This document shows positions 35,897 to 45,651 of a DNA stretch of 64,000 nucleotides, piece by piece; positions within the stretch are counted from its first letter, which is position 1; each line of letters begins with the position of its first letter. The translations under genes were made by a program, and so were the position numbers. The notes beneath the pieces are model-generated. The model was given only the letters and a program-made list of their open reading frames with translations. It had not been told where the DNA came from and did not search any database. The DNA comes from an uncultured Clostridia bacterium (GTDB taxonomy: Bacteria; Bacillota; Clostridia; Christensenellales; UBA1242), in assembly GCA_934754495.1 (NCBI GenBank), contig CAKVHW010000004.1, forward strand, positions 1,070 through 65,069. The letters run 5' to 3'.

Positions 35897-36091
35897 ATGT
35901 TACTTGAACCACCTATTGACGAATTAGTAGAAAAAGCAGAAGGTAATCCTTACAAATTGGCTGTACTAGTTGGTAAAAGGGCTAAACAATTAGATAAAGA
36001 CCTTACTGATGAAGAAAAGGAAAAAGAAGAAGTTGTTACTCGTGCCGTTAACGAATTTTATGACGGTGAGATTGTAGAAAAAGATAATTAA
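35897..36091 (+). CDS. rpoZ: DNA-directed RNA polymerase subunit omega
   Basis: MLLEPPIDEL...NPYKLAVLVGKRAKQL. Confidence 0.88.
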   Translation: MLLEPPIDELVEKAEGNPYKLAVLVGKRAKQLDKDLTDEEKEKEEVVTRAVNEFYDGEIVEKDN

Positions 36092-36108
36092 TTATTTAAT
36101 TAGTTTTT

Positions 36109-36150
36109 AAGTTCTATTGCTTAATTTTTGTAAGGCAATAGAACTTTTTA
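36109..36150 (+). terminator. Rho-independent terminator or attenuator after rpoZ
   Basis: GTTCTATTGC / GCAATAGAAC stem plus T-run. Confidence 0.7.
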
Positions 36151-36165
36151 GTTTAAGGGGACTTT

Positions 36166-38367
36166 ATGATAGCACAAGTTATTGTGGATATTCTTAATAG
36201 CGAAGTGGATAAGGTGTTTGACTACACAATCCCAGAAGAAATGGGCGTACAAGTGGGCGACCGTGTTTTGTTGCCATTTGGCGGTAGAACAATTGAAGGC
36301 TATGTGCTTAAAACAACCGACACTTCCACTTATGACTTTTCAAAATTAAAACCAATTATTAAGCGAATGGACGAGTATCCTATTATAAAACCCGAACTTA
36401 TAAACTTGATTTTTGAATTAAAGCAAAAATTACACCTTAGGCTTGTAGATGGTGTTAGACTTGTCATTCCATCGCAAATTAGGAATGGCAAAGTTAACAA
36501 AATTGAGATTAAAATGTTGCACCTTAATACTGATGACAACATGGTAGATGAGTATTTTAGTAAAATTAGAGCCAATGCAAAAAATGAGATTTCAGCTATA
36601 AACTACATGAAAAACACAGCTGAAGCAGATTTTACAAAACTATCAAAAATGTTTTCTAATTCAACAATTAATAAACTTATTAAAAACAACATTTTACTTG
36701 TTGATATGGTGCACATAAATCGTCAAGCCTACGATATTAGCACCGAAGAAAACAAGGTAAAACTTAATGAAAAACAACAGCAAGTTGTAAACGAAGTTAC
36801 CGGTAATGTGGCTAATTACTTGTTGCACGGTGTAACAGGTAGTGGCAAAACCGAAGTGTACTTAAACATTATTGAAAACATGTTAAAGCAAAACAAAACA
36901 GCCATAATGCTAGTACCAGAAATTTCACTTACACCACAAATGATAAGAGTATTTACAGCAAGATTTGGTAATACCGTTGCCGTGTTACACAGCGGTTTAT
37001 CGGCAGGAGAAAAGTTTGACGAGTGGTACAGGCTATATAGCGGTGAAGCAAAAATTGCTATTGGTGCAAGAAGTGCAATATTTGCACCGCTAGAAAATTT
37101 GGGTGTTATCATAATTGATGAAGAGCATGATAGTTCGTATGTTAGTGACTCAAACCCACGATATAATACCTATGACATTGCAAAACTTAGGGCAAAGTAC
37201 AACAATTGCTCATTACTTCTTGGAAGTGCAACACCTAGTATTGAAACTTATCACCTTACCGAAACAGGCGAGTTAAAACTACTTGAAATGCCAGAACGAA
37301 TTAATGGCAAACCAATGCCACCAATTGAAATTGCTGACATGTGCAGTGAATTTAGAATGGGCAATAAAACACCATTTTCAAAACAACTTATGGCGGAACT
37401 AGAAAAAACCGTTGCCGAAGAAAAACAAGCAATCTTATTTATAAACCGCCGTGGTTTCAGTTCGTTTTTGATGTGTCGTGACTGCGGTTATGTGCCAAAA
37501 TGCGAAGCATGTGACGTATCGCTTACATATCACAAAGAAGATAACCAACTTAAGTGCCACTATTGTGGCAAACGATATAAAGTGCTTACTAAGTGCCCAA
37601 CATGTGGAAGCGATAATCTAAAATATGGTGGAGTTGGCACAGAACAAGTTTGCGAACAATTACGAGAAATATTCCCTAATGTAAAAGTTCTTAGAATGGA
37701 CAATGACACCACACAAAACAAAAATGCTTATGCAAAAATATTAGGTGAATTTGGTGCATCAAAACCAGCAATACTTGTGGGCACACAAATGATTGCTAAA
37801 GGGCACGACTTTCCTGAGGTAAACTTAGTGGGTATTTTGGACGCAGACTTAAGCCTTTATTTTGGTGATTTTAGGGCAAGTGAAAAAACATTCCAACTTA
37901 TCACACAAGTTGCGGGAAGGGCCGGTCGTAGTAAAATAGATGGCAAGGTTGTGCTTCAAACATATTTTCCAAAACATTATGTTTACAAACTTTGTTCGGC
38001 TTACAATTACAATAAGTTTTATGACAAGGAAATAAATTTGCGAGAAACCACACTTTTCCCACCATTTAGCGAGATTGTTAGGGTTTTGCTTACAAGCGAA
38101 CATGACGAAAAGGCACGTGATTTGACCCATAATTTGTTTTTAAGGTTAAAAGAATTAAGGGTAAAATATGGTAAAGATTTTTATTTTCTAGAAGCAATGA
38201 AATCACCTGTTACTAAAATAAAAAACAAATATAGATACCAAATTTTAATGCGATATAGTGTATCGAAAGCGGAAGAAATAAAAAACGAATTATATGACAT
38301 TTTAGACAACAACAAAAACAAACTTGTTTCGTGTTTTGTAGAGTTAAATCCTTTATCTCTAAGTTAA
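36166..38367 (+). CDS. priA: Primosomal replication restart protein PriA
   Basis: FDYTIPEE, GVTGSGKTEVY, DEEHD, the Cys-rich insert CRDCG..C..C...CHYCG..CP.CGS, and QVAGRAGR. Confidence 0.94.
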   Translation: MIAQVIVDILNSEVDKVFDYTIPEEMGVQVGDRVLLPFGGRTIEGYVLKTTDTSTYDFSKLKPIIKRMDEYPIIKPELINLIFELKQKLHLRLVDGVRLVIPSQIRNGKVNKIEIKMLHLNTDDNMVDEYFSKIRANAKNEISAINYMKNTAEADFTKLSKMFSNSTINKLIKNNILLVDMVHINRQAYDISTEENKVKLNEKQQQVVNEVTGNVANYLLHGVTGSGKTEVYLNIIENMLKQNKTAIMLVPEISLTPQMIRVFTARFGNTVAVLHSGLSAGEKFDEWYRLYSGEAKIAIGARSAIFAPLENLGVIIIDEEHDSSYVSDSNPRYNTYDIAKLRAKYNNCSLLLGSATPSIETYHLTETGELKLLEMPERINGKPMPPIEIADMCSEFRMGNKTPFSKQLMAELEKTVAEEKQAILFINRRGFSSFLMCRDCGYVPKCEACDVSLTYHKEDNQLKCHYCGKRYKVLTKCPTCGSDNLKYGGVGTEQVCEQLREIFPNVKVLRMDNDTTQNKNAYAKILGEFGASKPAILVGTQMIAKGHDFPEVNLVGILDADLSLYFGDFRASEKTFQLITQVAGRAGRSKIDGKVVLQTYFPKHYVYKLCSAYNYNKFYDKEINLRETTLFPPFSEIVRVLLTSEHDEKARDLTHNLFLRLKELRVKYGKDFYFLEAMKSPVTKIKNKYRYQILMRYSVSKAEEIKNELYDILDNNKNKLVSCFVELNPLSLS

Positions 38368-38400
38368 AATGTGGTATAATAATTATATGGAGAAAAATAT

Positions 38401-38871
38401 ATGGCAACAAGAAAAATTGTATTAAGGGGAGATGAAATCCTATCAAAAAAGTGCAAACCAGTAACAGTTTTTGATGAAAAACTTGGTGTACTTCTTGACG
38501 ATATGTACGAAACAATGCTTTTAAACAACGGCATTGGTCTTGCAGCAGACCAAATTGGTGTGTTAAAACGTGTTGTTGTGGTAGAAGTTGACGGCATAAA
38601 ACTTGATATGGTTAACCCTGAAATAACTAATAAAAAAGGTGAAGAAAGTGGTATTGAAGGTTGTTTAAGTGTTCCAAACATTCAAGGCTATGTAAATCGC
38701 CCAAAACAAATCACTGTTAAGGCATTTAATAGATATGGCGAACAATATTCGCTTACTACTACAGGCATGCTTGCAAGGTGTATTTGTCATGAGTGTGACC
38801 ACCTAGATGGTATTCTGTTTACAGATATTATGACAGGTGTTTATAACCCAGAAAAAAATAAAAACAAATAG
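38401..38871 (+). CDS. def: Peptide deformylase
   Basis: GIGLAADQIG, EGCLSVP, HECDHLDG. Confidence 0.95.
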   Translation: MATRKIVLRGDEILSKKCKPVTVFDEKLGVLLDDMYETMLLNNGIGLAADQIGVLKRVVVVEVDGIKLDMVNPEITNKKGEESGIEGCLSVPNIQGYVNRPKQITVKAFNRYGEQYSLTTTGMLARCICHECDHLDGILFTDIMTGVYNPEKNKNK

Positions 38872-38882
38872 GATAGGTTTTA

Positions 38883-39809
38883 ATGAAAGTAATATTTTTT
38901 GGAACACCAGAATTTGCTGTTCCGTCATTAAAAGCAATAAGTGAACATCACGAAGTACTTGCGGTTGTGACCCAACTTGATAAGCCGGTTGGCAGAAAAA
39001 AAACACCAGTGTTTAGCCCAGTAAAACAATTTGCAGTTGAACACGGAATAACTGTTTTGCAATTTGAAAAAGTGCGTCGTGACGGTGTTGAAGAACTTAA
39101 AAAACTTAATGCCGATATTATGATAAGTTGTGCATATGGTCAAATATTTAGTAAAGAAATTTTAGATATTACACCATACGGAATGTACAATATTCACGGT
39201 AGTATTTTGCCTAAGTATAGAGGTGCAGCACCAATCCAATGGAGTATTATTAATGGTGAGCCTACATGTGGCATAACAATTTTAAAAACCGATGTTGGAC
39301 TTGATGATGGAGATATTCTTTTAAAAAGCGAAGTCGAAATAAAAAAGTATGAAACAAGTGAAGAGTTGTTTGAGCGATTAAGTCATGTCGGGGCAGAATG
39401 TATCATTAAAGCCCTTACAATGCTTGAAAGTGGTAATTTTACACTTACACCACAAGACCCTAGTCTTGCAACAACTTGCACAATGTTAAAGCCAGAACTT
39501 TCAAAACTTGACTTTAATAAATCAGCACAGACACTTTGTAATTTAATTCACGGAATTAATCCTTGGCCAGTGGCTAAGGTCACAATAGAAGGAAACAACT
39601 TTAAAGTATATAGAGCACAAGTGGCTTCAAGTGATTATACAGGTGCTAATGGAGAAGTTGTTGTTGCAAATAATAAGACTGGACTTATAGTAAAATGCGG
39701 TGATGGTGCAATTGAATTTACCGAGATTCAGCCAGAAAATGGCAAGCGAATGACTGCAAAAAGTTATTTAAATGGCAAAAAAATTAATTTAGGAGCAATT
39801 GTTAGTTGA
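38883..39809 (+). CDS. fmt: Methionyl-tRNA formyltransferase
   Basis: KVIFFGTPEFAVPSL, HGSILPKYRGAAPIQW. Confidence 0.94.
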   Translation: MKVIFFGTPEFAVPSLKAISEHHEVLAVVTQLDKPVGRKKTPVFSPVKQFAVEHGITVLQFEKVRRDGVEELKKLNADIMISCAYGQIFSKEILDITPYGMYNIHGSILPKYRGAAPIQWSIINGEPTCGITILKTDVGLDDGDILLKSEVEIKKYETSEELFERLSHVGAECIIKALTMLESGNFTLTPQDPSLATTCTMLKPELSKLDFNKSAQTLCNLIHGINPWPVAKVTIEGNNFKVYRAQVASSDYTGANGEVVVANNKTGLIVKCGDGAIEFTEIQPENGKRMTAKSYLNGKKINLGAIVS

Positions 39810-41089
39810 ACAAGGAATTTTTAGAGTCATATGACATCTTGAAAAAAGTTTATTATGACGGAGCATATGCTAATATAGAACTTAATAGGTTTTTGAAAGA
39901 AAAAAAAGACATTAATAACAACCTTGTCACTAAGATTGTTTATGGTGTTTTGCAAAAAGACATTTATCTTGATTATGTCGTAAAAAAGCACATTAAACCA
40001 AATACAAAACCACAAGTTGTTTTGCTACTAAAAATGGGTAGATATATTTCAGAAGAAGTTAGCGGTATTCCACCTTATGCGGTTGTAAACGAACTTGTAG
40101 AAATTGCAAAAAAACAATATGATAGGTATGTTGGTGGCTTTGTAAATGCTACACTAAAAAATGTTATTAACTCACAAGTAGAACTTCCAAAGCATGGCAC
40201 AAAAGAATATTTAAGTGTTAAGTTTAGTTATCCAATGTGGGTTATCGATAAGTTTTTAAGCAATAGACCATATGATTTTGTAGAAGCATTTTTGTCAGAA
40301 CCACTTACAACTTATACTCACATTAGAATTTTGGGCAATGTAAATGTATTTATTGAAGACCTTAATAAATGCGAAATTGCTTATGAAAAAACGGTTCTTG
40401 ACTTTACACTATATGTAGATTATAATAACTTGCTAAAACATGATGATGTGTTTAAAAATAGATATGTTGTGCAAGGGCTACCAAGTTTGATTGCAAGCCT
40501 TGCACTTGGTGTTACACCTAATAGCACCGTACTTGATGCGACAAGTGCACCAGGTGGAAAAACGGCAGTTATTGCAAGCATTGACCCAAGTATCAAGGTC
40601 ACCGCTTGTGACCTACATTCTCATAGGGTACTGCTTGTAGAAAACTACATGAAAAAACTTGGCATTAAAAATGTTACTGCATTAAAACAAGATGCGACTG
40701 CTTTTAATCCAAAATTCGAAAACGCATTTGATTATGTGCTTTGTGATGTACCTTGTTCGGGGTTGGGGGTTGTAAATAAAAAACCAGACATTCTTCTAAA
40801 TCGAACAGCCGACACACTTAATGAAATAATAAAAACACAAAAAGCCATACTTGAAAACAATGCAAAGTATGTGAAAAAAGGTGGTGTATTACTATATTCA
40901 ACTTGTTCACTTTTAAAACAAGAAAACAATGATATTGTTAATGATTTCTTAAAATCACACCCTGATTTTAAACTAACACCCATTAACGCATTTGGACTTA
41001 ATGTTTTAAACGAGAATAATTGTTATACATTTTATCCACACCTTAGCAAAACAGAAGGATTTTTTATAGGAAGGTTAATAAGAAAATGA
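39806..41089 (+). CDS. rsmB: 16S rRNA (cytosine967-C5)-methyltransferase
   Basis: TTG start in a TTGA overlap with the fmt stop. NusB-like N-domain. DATSAPGGKT and DVPCSGLGV. Confidence 0.88.
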   Translation: MNKEFLESYDILKKVYYDGAYANIELNRFLKEKKDINNNLVTKIVYGVLQKDIYLDYVVKKHIKPNTKPQVVLLLKMGRYISEEVSGIPPYAVVNELVEIAKKQYDRYVGGFVNATLKNVINSQVELPKHGTKEYLSVKFSYPMWVIDKFLSNRPYDFVEAFLSEPLTTYTHIRILGNVNVFIEDLNKCEIAYEKTVLDFTLYVDYNNLLKHDDVFKNRYVVQGLPSLIASLALGVTPNSTVLDATSAPGGKTAVIASIDPSIKVTACDLHSHRVLLVENYMKKLGIKNVTALKQDATAFNPKFENAFDYVLCDVPCSGLGVVNKKPDILLNRTADTLNEIIKTQKAILENNAKYVKKGGVLLYSTCSLLKQENNDIVNDFLKSHPDFKLTPINAFGLNVLNENNCYTFYPHLSKTEGFFIGRLIRK

Positions 41090-42132
41090 AAATTTTACTT
41101 GATTACACATTAGACGAACTTAAAGGAATTATGCTTAGTTTGGGCGAACAAAAATTTCGTGCCGAACAACTTTTTAACGCTTTGCAGTCTGGCAAAGATT
41201 ATGGTGACAAACTTAACTTGCCAAAAAGTTTACTGGAAAAATTACAACAAAATGGTTTTGTTATGCAACCAGTTAAAATCACTAAAAAGCAAGTAAGTAA
41301 AGATAAAAACACAAAGTTTCTTTACACCTTACCAGACGGAAACCTTGTTGAAGGAATGCTTATGCAATATAAGTTTGGCAACACATTATGTGTAAGTACA
41401 CAAGTTGGCTGTAAGATGAACTGTGCTTTTTGTGCTAGTTCGCTAAATGGATTTGTTAGAAACCTTACAGCAGGCGAGATTTTAGGGCAAATTACGGCAG
41501 TTAATGCAAGTCTTGGTGGAAACTTAAAAGACCGCCAAATTACAAATGTTGTGCTTATGGGCTGTGGCGAACCACTTGACAACTTTGATAATGTTACTAA
41601 GTTTTTAAAGCTTGTAACTTGCGAAGAGGGGCTTAATATTAGTGTTAGAAATATTTCTGTTTCTACATGTGGTATTCCACGTAAAATTGAAGAATTAGCC
41701 GACCTAGGTTATGCTGTCACACTTTGTATTTCACTTCATGCACCAAATGACGAAATTCGCCAGCAAATTATGCCTATCGCTAAAAGATATAGCATTCACG
41801 AAGTTTTGGAAGCAGCAAAGTATTATCATACAATTACTAATCGCCGTTTTATTATTGAATACACTCTTATTGATGGTGTTAATAATAAGGTTGCACATGC
41901 TAAAGAACTTGCTATGCTTTTAAAAGATCTTCCTTGCCATGTTAATTTAATTAGACTTAATGAAGTTAAGGAACGTGGACTAAAAGCACCAAGCCTTGAT
42001 AGTTGTAATACATTTTTGACAACATTATATAAGTTTAAAATTAGTGCAACAATGCGTCGTACTATTGGTGAAGATATTGACGGTGCTTGCGGTCAACTTA
42101 GAAACAAAAATTTAAAAACGGATAAAAAGTAA
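41086..42132 (+). CDS. rlmN: 23S rRNA/tRNA (adenine-C2)-methyltransferase RlmN (radical SAM)
   Basis: FRAEQLF, CVSTQVGCKMNCAFCAS, GCGEPL, ACGQL. Confidence 0.93.
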   Translation: MKILLDYTLDELKGIMLSLGEQKFRAEQLFNALQSGKDYGDKLNLPKSLLEKLQQNGFVMQPVKITKKQVSKDKNTKFLYTLPDGNLVEGMLMQYKFGNTLCVSTQVGCKMNCAFCASSLNGFVRNLTAGEILGQITAVNASLGGNLKDRQITNVVLMGCGEPLDNFDNVTKFLKLVTCEEGLNISVRNISVSTCGIPRKIEELADLGYAVTLCISLHAPNDEIRQQIMPIAKRYSIHEVLEAAKYYHTITNRRFIIEYTLIDGVNNKVAHAKELAMLLKDLPCHVNLIRLNEVKERGLKAPSLDSCNTFLTTLYKFKISATMRRTIGEDIDGACGQLRNKNLKTDKK

Positions 42133-43001
42133 TGCAGGGTAGAGTACTAAAGGTTATGGGGGCTAATTACTTAGTGTATGAAAGTAAGCCCTACAACTGT
42201 ATTTTAAGTGGGTTAATTAAGAAAAACAATAAACCACTTGTTGGCGATATTGTAGAATTTTCGGTTAATGATTACGATAAAGACAAAAATGTAATCACTA
42301 AAATTTTGCCACGAAAAAATCAATTAGTACGTCCGTACATTTCAAATCTTGACCAACTTTTTATTGTTTTGTCTAAATCACCAAAACCAGATTATTTGCT
42401 TATAGACAAACTTATTATTTATGCCAAAATAAACAACATAACTCCAATTATTGTTATTAATAAATCCGATATTTTGTCAGAGCAAGAAATTGCAGAAATT
42501 AAGGGACAATTTCCAACATATAAAATAATCGTTGTTTCGGCTGTTAATAATGATGTCACCGAATTAAAACAATTACTTGTAAATAAAATTTCAGCATTTG
42601 CAGGACAAAGTGCAGTAGGCAAAAGTAGCCTAATTAATGCTATAAGTCCTAATTTAAATCTTCAAACAAATGGTCTTAGTTCTAAAATAGAGCGTGGTCA
42701 GCACACAACTAGACACAATGAAATATATATAATGGACAACAATATTTACATTGCCGATACTCCAGGCTTTAGTATGTTGTCACTTGACTTAAAACCAAGC
42801 GAGTTAAAAGACTATTATGATGACTTTAAAGTGTTTGAAGACAATTGTAGATATGTTGGTTGCGACCATATAAATTCTAAGGCAAAAGATTGTGGTGTAG
42901 TTAAAGCGGTGGAAGAAGGCAAAATTTGCTTGTCACGATTTGATAGATATTGTAAAATATATTCAGAATTGAAAGAAAAATGGGAGAGAAAATATGATTA
43001 A
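42132..43001 (+). CDS. rsgA: Ribosome small subunit-dependent GTPase A
   Basis: VINKSDIL, GQSAVGKSSLINA, DTPGF, and the Zn cluster CRYVGCDH...C. Confidence 0.9.
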   Translation: MQGRVLKVMGANYLVYESKPYNCILSGLIKKNNKPLVGDIVEFSVNDYDKDKNVITKILPRKNQLVRPYISNLDQLFIVLSKSPKPDYLLIDKLIIYAKINNITPIIVINKSDILSEQEIAEIKGQFPTYKIIVVSAVNNDVTELKQLLVNKISAFAGQSAVGKSSLINAISPNLNLQTNGLSSKIERGQHTTRHNEIYIMDNNIYIADTPGFSMLSLDLKPSELKDYYDDFKVFEDNCRYVGCDHINSKAKDCGVVKAVEEGKICLSRFDRYCKIYSELKEKWERKYD

Positions 43002-43650
43002 ACTATCAGCTAGTTTTAATCCATGTTCAGAAGAAAAATCGGCAGAATATTGCCGTAATCTTCAAGATATGAAGGTTGATTATGTTCATTGCGATATAAT
43101 GCGTGAAAACTTTGTTGGTCACGATGCTTTAAACCTTAACACTATTAAGGAAGTTTGGGATAATATTGTTGTTCCTCTTGATGTGCATATTATGGAAGCC
43201 GAACCCTTTTCGACACTAAAGAGTGTTGTTAAAATTAAGCCACATATCATAACAGTGCACTACGAAGCATTTAAGAATGATAAAGATTTAGTGAAAGCAT
43301 TTGATATTATTAGAAAAAGCCATATGCTTGTAGGGCTTAGTATTAAACCTAACACTTTTATCAAAGATATTAAACATTTGCTTCCTTTGGTTGATGTTGT
43401 GCTTGTAATGGGGGTGGACCCAGGTAAAAGCGGTCAAAAAATGATTAGCAATACAATTCCTAAAATTAAGGAACTACGTGGCATTATCTACGAGTACGAT
43501 TATCCTGTCAAAATTGAAGTTGACGGTGGTGTTAATGAAGATAATCTAAAAGCACTTGCCGATGCAGGTGTAGATATGGTTGTTATGGGGAGTTGCCTTT
43601 ATAATAGTTCAAGCCGAGCAAAACTAATTGAAAAAGTTCATAAGTTATAA
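42994..43650 (+). CDS. rpe: Ribulose-phosphate 3-epimerase family protein (divergent)
   Basis: HCDIM, LDVHIM, MGVDPGKSGQ and EVDGGVN are in the expected order and the synteny after rsgA fits. The substrate-loop region is atypical. Confidence 0.7.
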   Translation: MIKLSASFNPCSEEKSAEYCRNLQDMKVDYVHCDIMRENFVGHDALNLNTIKEVWDNIVVPLDVHIMEAEPFSTLKSVVKIKPHIITVHYEAFKNDKDLVKAFDIIRKSHMLVGLSIKPNTFIKDIKHLLPLVDVVLVMGVDPGKSGQKMISNTIPKIKELRGIIYEYDYPVKIEVDGGVNEDNLKALADAGVDMVVMGSCLYNSSSRAKLIEKVHKL

Positions 43651-43656
43651 AAAAAC

Positions 43657-43685
43657 ATCTAGCACAATTCTGCTAGATTTTTTTA
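43657..43685 (+). terminator. Rho-independent terminator after rpe
   Basis: ATCTAGCA / TGCTAGAT stem plus T-run. Confidence 0.8.
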
Positions 43686-43831
43686 CAATTCAATTTGTTT
43701 TATAATGAGTTTTTTTTCATTGTTAAACATACTAAAAAACAAAATAATAATAGTAATGGTAATTGTAGTAATAAGTGTGTTATAATTGACAAAAAGGTAA
43801 TTTTATGGTATTATTATAATAATAATAATTC

Positions 43832-44812
43832 ATGGAGGAAAAGAGAGTGAAAATAGAAAATTTTACAAAGAAATCATTACAAGATGCAATACAAGATGGC
43901 AAAGTTAAGATTACTGTTGCTGAAGGTGGAGATGTGCTAGTTGAAGGTGCAGAAAGTGATATTGATGAGTATGGCATGATTTCAATTCCTGAAAATGTAG
44001 TTGCTATTGGTGTTGGAGCATATGAAAAATCTAAAGCATTAAAGGCTATTAATAGTATTAATGATACTTTCTTTATTGGTGTAGAGGCATTTTATGGTTG
44101 TAAAAATCTAGAAAGTGCATTTCTTATGTCTAAAGATACTGAAGGTAATGCTAAAAGAATTATTGGACAATATGCATTTGCAAATTGCACATCGTTAAAG
44201 AGATTATTTATTGATGATTCTTTTGTTGATTTGGAAGAAGGGGCATTTGAAAATTGCGAATCACTTGATAATGTTGTATTGCCAACTAACCTTGAAAGAA
44301 TTGGTGATAGAGCATTTGCTGGTTGTAAACACCTTCAAACCATCGAAATTCCAGATGGTGTAACTGAGATTGGAGAAGAAGCATTTAAGGGTTGTAAAGC
44401 ATTACAAATGGCAGTAATTCCAGAACACTTGGTTGAAGAATGTAATGCGAAAAACGTTTTTAAAGACTGCCCAAGATTACAAATTGTTGTTAAACCTGAA
44501 AAAATGAAAGAAGATATGAAGGTTAAAACACCTGTACCTGAAGAAAAACTTAACGAAAAGGTATTATATGCTATTAAGGCGAAAAATGATAAACAAAATT
44601 TAATTAATCACTTAAATGCTGAAACTAAACTTAAATCACGAAATGATGAACGTGAAAAACAAAATATGGATAGTTTAAAGGAAGCAGCAAGTAAATTACC
44701 TGAAAAAACTGATAAAGAAGCACTTGCATCTATTATTAAGAATAATGACATTAAAGACATTCCAAACGAAATTATTAAAAAAGGCAAATACGACAACATT
44801 AGAACAAAATAG
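43832..44812 (+). CDS. BspA-type leucine-rich repeat protein without a signal peptide, Lys/Glu-rich C-terminus
   Basis: Repeats of the IP..V..IG..AF..C..L form (e.g. IGDRAFAGCKHLQTIEIPDGVTEIGEEAFKGCKAL). The true start may be GTG 43847, 8 nt after GGAGG. Confidence 0.75.
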   Translation: MEEKRVKIENFTKKSLQDAIQDGKVKITVAEGGDVLVEGAESDIDEYGMISIPENVVAIGVGAYEKSKALKAINSINDTFFIGVEAFYGCKNLESAFLMSKDTEGNAKRIIGQYAFANCTSLKRLFIDDSFVDLEEGAFENCESLDNVVLPTNLERIGDRAFAGCKHLQTIEIPDGVTEIGEEAFKGCKALQMAVIPEHLVEECNAKNVFKDCPRLQIVVKPEKMKEDMKVKTPVPEEKLNEKVLYAIKAKNDKQNLINHLNAETKLKSRNDEREKQNMDSLKEAASKLPEKTDKEALASIIKNNDIKDIPNEIIKKGKYDNIRTK

Positions 44813-44894
44813 TTGGTAGTGTTTACGTACAGTCCATTTTAAATATTTTGTATGTAAATATAATAAAGATGTTAAAAATTTATTAAATAAAAAA

Positions 44895-44921
44895 CAGTGA
44901 AGTCAAAATCACTGTTTTTTT
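44895..44921 (+). terminator. Rho-independent terminator after the LRR gene
   Basis: CAGTGA / TCACTG stem plus T-run. Confidence 0.7.
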
Positions 44922-45047
44922 ATATTTATATTTTATTAAGTATCTTATTCTCAATATCTAAAAATAAGAGAGTTAGTATTTATATTTGATGTTTAGACAC
45001 TAATAACACCAATAAATCATATATATCAAATAATAGGGAGAAAGTAT

Positions 45048-45128
45048 ATGAAAATAATTTGCATTAAGTGTCCATTTATTTTAAAACCGCTTTTAAAGTT
45101 GATATTTAGAAAGCAACTTTTAGAGTAG
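45048..45128 (+). CDS. spoVM: SpoVM-like 26-aa sporulation peptide (absent from the ORF track)
   Basis: MKIICIKCPFILKPLLKLIFRKQLLE compared with B. subtilis SpoVM MKFYTIKLPKFLGGIVRAMLGSFRKD. Same length; M1, K2, I6, K7, P9, L12 and a C-terminal FRK are shared. GGGAGA RBS. Convergent with rpmB as in B. subtilis. Confidence 0.6.
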   Translation: MKIICIKCPFILKPLLKLIFRKQLLE

Positions 45129-45202
45129 TGTGGTTTTGGGAAATAAGGATACATAAAAATAAAAAAATCCACTTCTAGTAAAGTGGATATTTTTTATACT
45201 AA

Positions 45203-45391
45203 TTATTGGTTATCTTTTTTAAGAGTTTTCAAACACTTAGTGCAGATATATTTCTTAGTAGCCTTGCCGTCAATATCAACAGGTTTCTTTTGTAGATTTG
45301 CATCAAAAGTTCTGCCTGTAGCAATATGTGAGTGGCTAACTTTATTTCCTGCCACTTTTCCTTTTCCACAAATATAACATTCTTTTGCCAT
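45203..45391 (-). CDS. rpmB: 50S ribosomal protein L28 (Zn-ribbon form)
   Basis: MAKECYICGKGKVAGNKVSHSH. Divergent from asp23/DAK2, as in B. subtilis rpmB/yloU-yloV. Confidence 0.93.
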   Translation of the reverse strand: MAKECYICGKGKVAGNKVSHSHIATGRTFDANLQKKPVDIDGKATKKYICTKCLKTLKKDNQ

Positions 45392-45651
45392 TTTGTACCC
45401 CCAAAGTAATTCGTATAATTTTCATTTGCAACTAAGTATATCAAACTTTATTGTAATTTGCAAGAAAAAAATCAAAAAATTTTTCTAAATACTATATTTC
45501 CTAACAACTTAATTAAAATCTCTTGCAAAATTATGTGAATTATTGTAAAATCTACAATGTAAGTTTAAGGCGAGAATATGTTTTTTCGCATATTAAATGA
45601 ATATTAGGTAATAAATTACTTTATGAGTAGTGATTAAAGGAGGTCTTTTTT

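Noticed and set aside
38213-38681. Two overlapping minus-strand ORFs (100 and 105 aa) across the priA-def junction
   Set aside because: They run antisense to two strongly supported genes and have no RBS.
43730-43830. Triplet-like AT-rich run (AATAATAATAGTAATGGTAATTGTAGTAATAAG ... TATTATAATAATAATAATT) that looked like a micro-repeat or array
   Set aside because: There is no regular repeat-spacer periodicity. It is promoter-region AT-rich DNA upstream of the LRR gene (TTGACA-17-TATTAT) and is not a CRISPR or tandem repeat.
45183-45444. 64-aa (+) and 71-aa (-) ORFs overlapping rpmB
   Set aside because: The 62-aa minus-strand frame is unmistakably ribosomal protein L28. The others are shadow frames.
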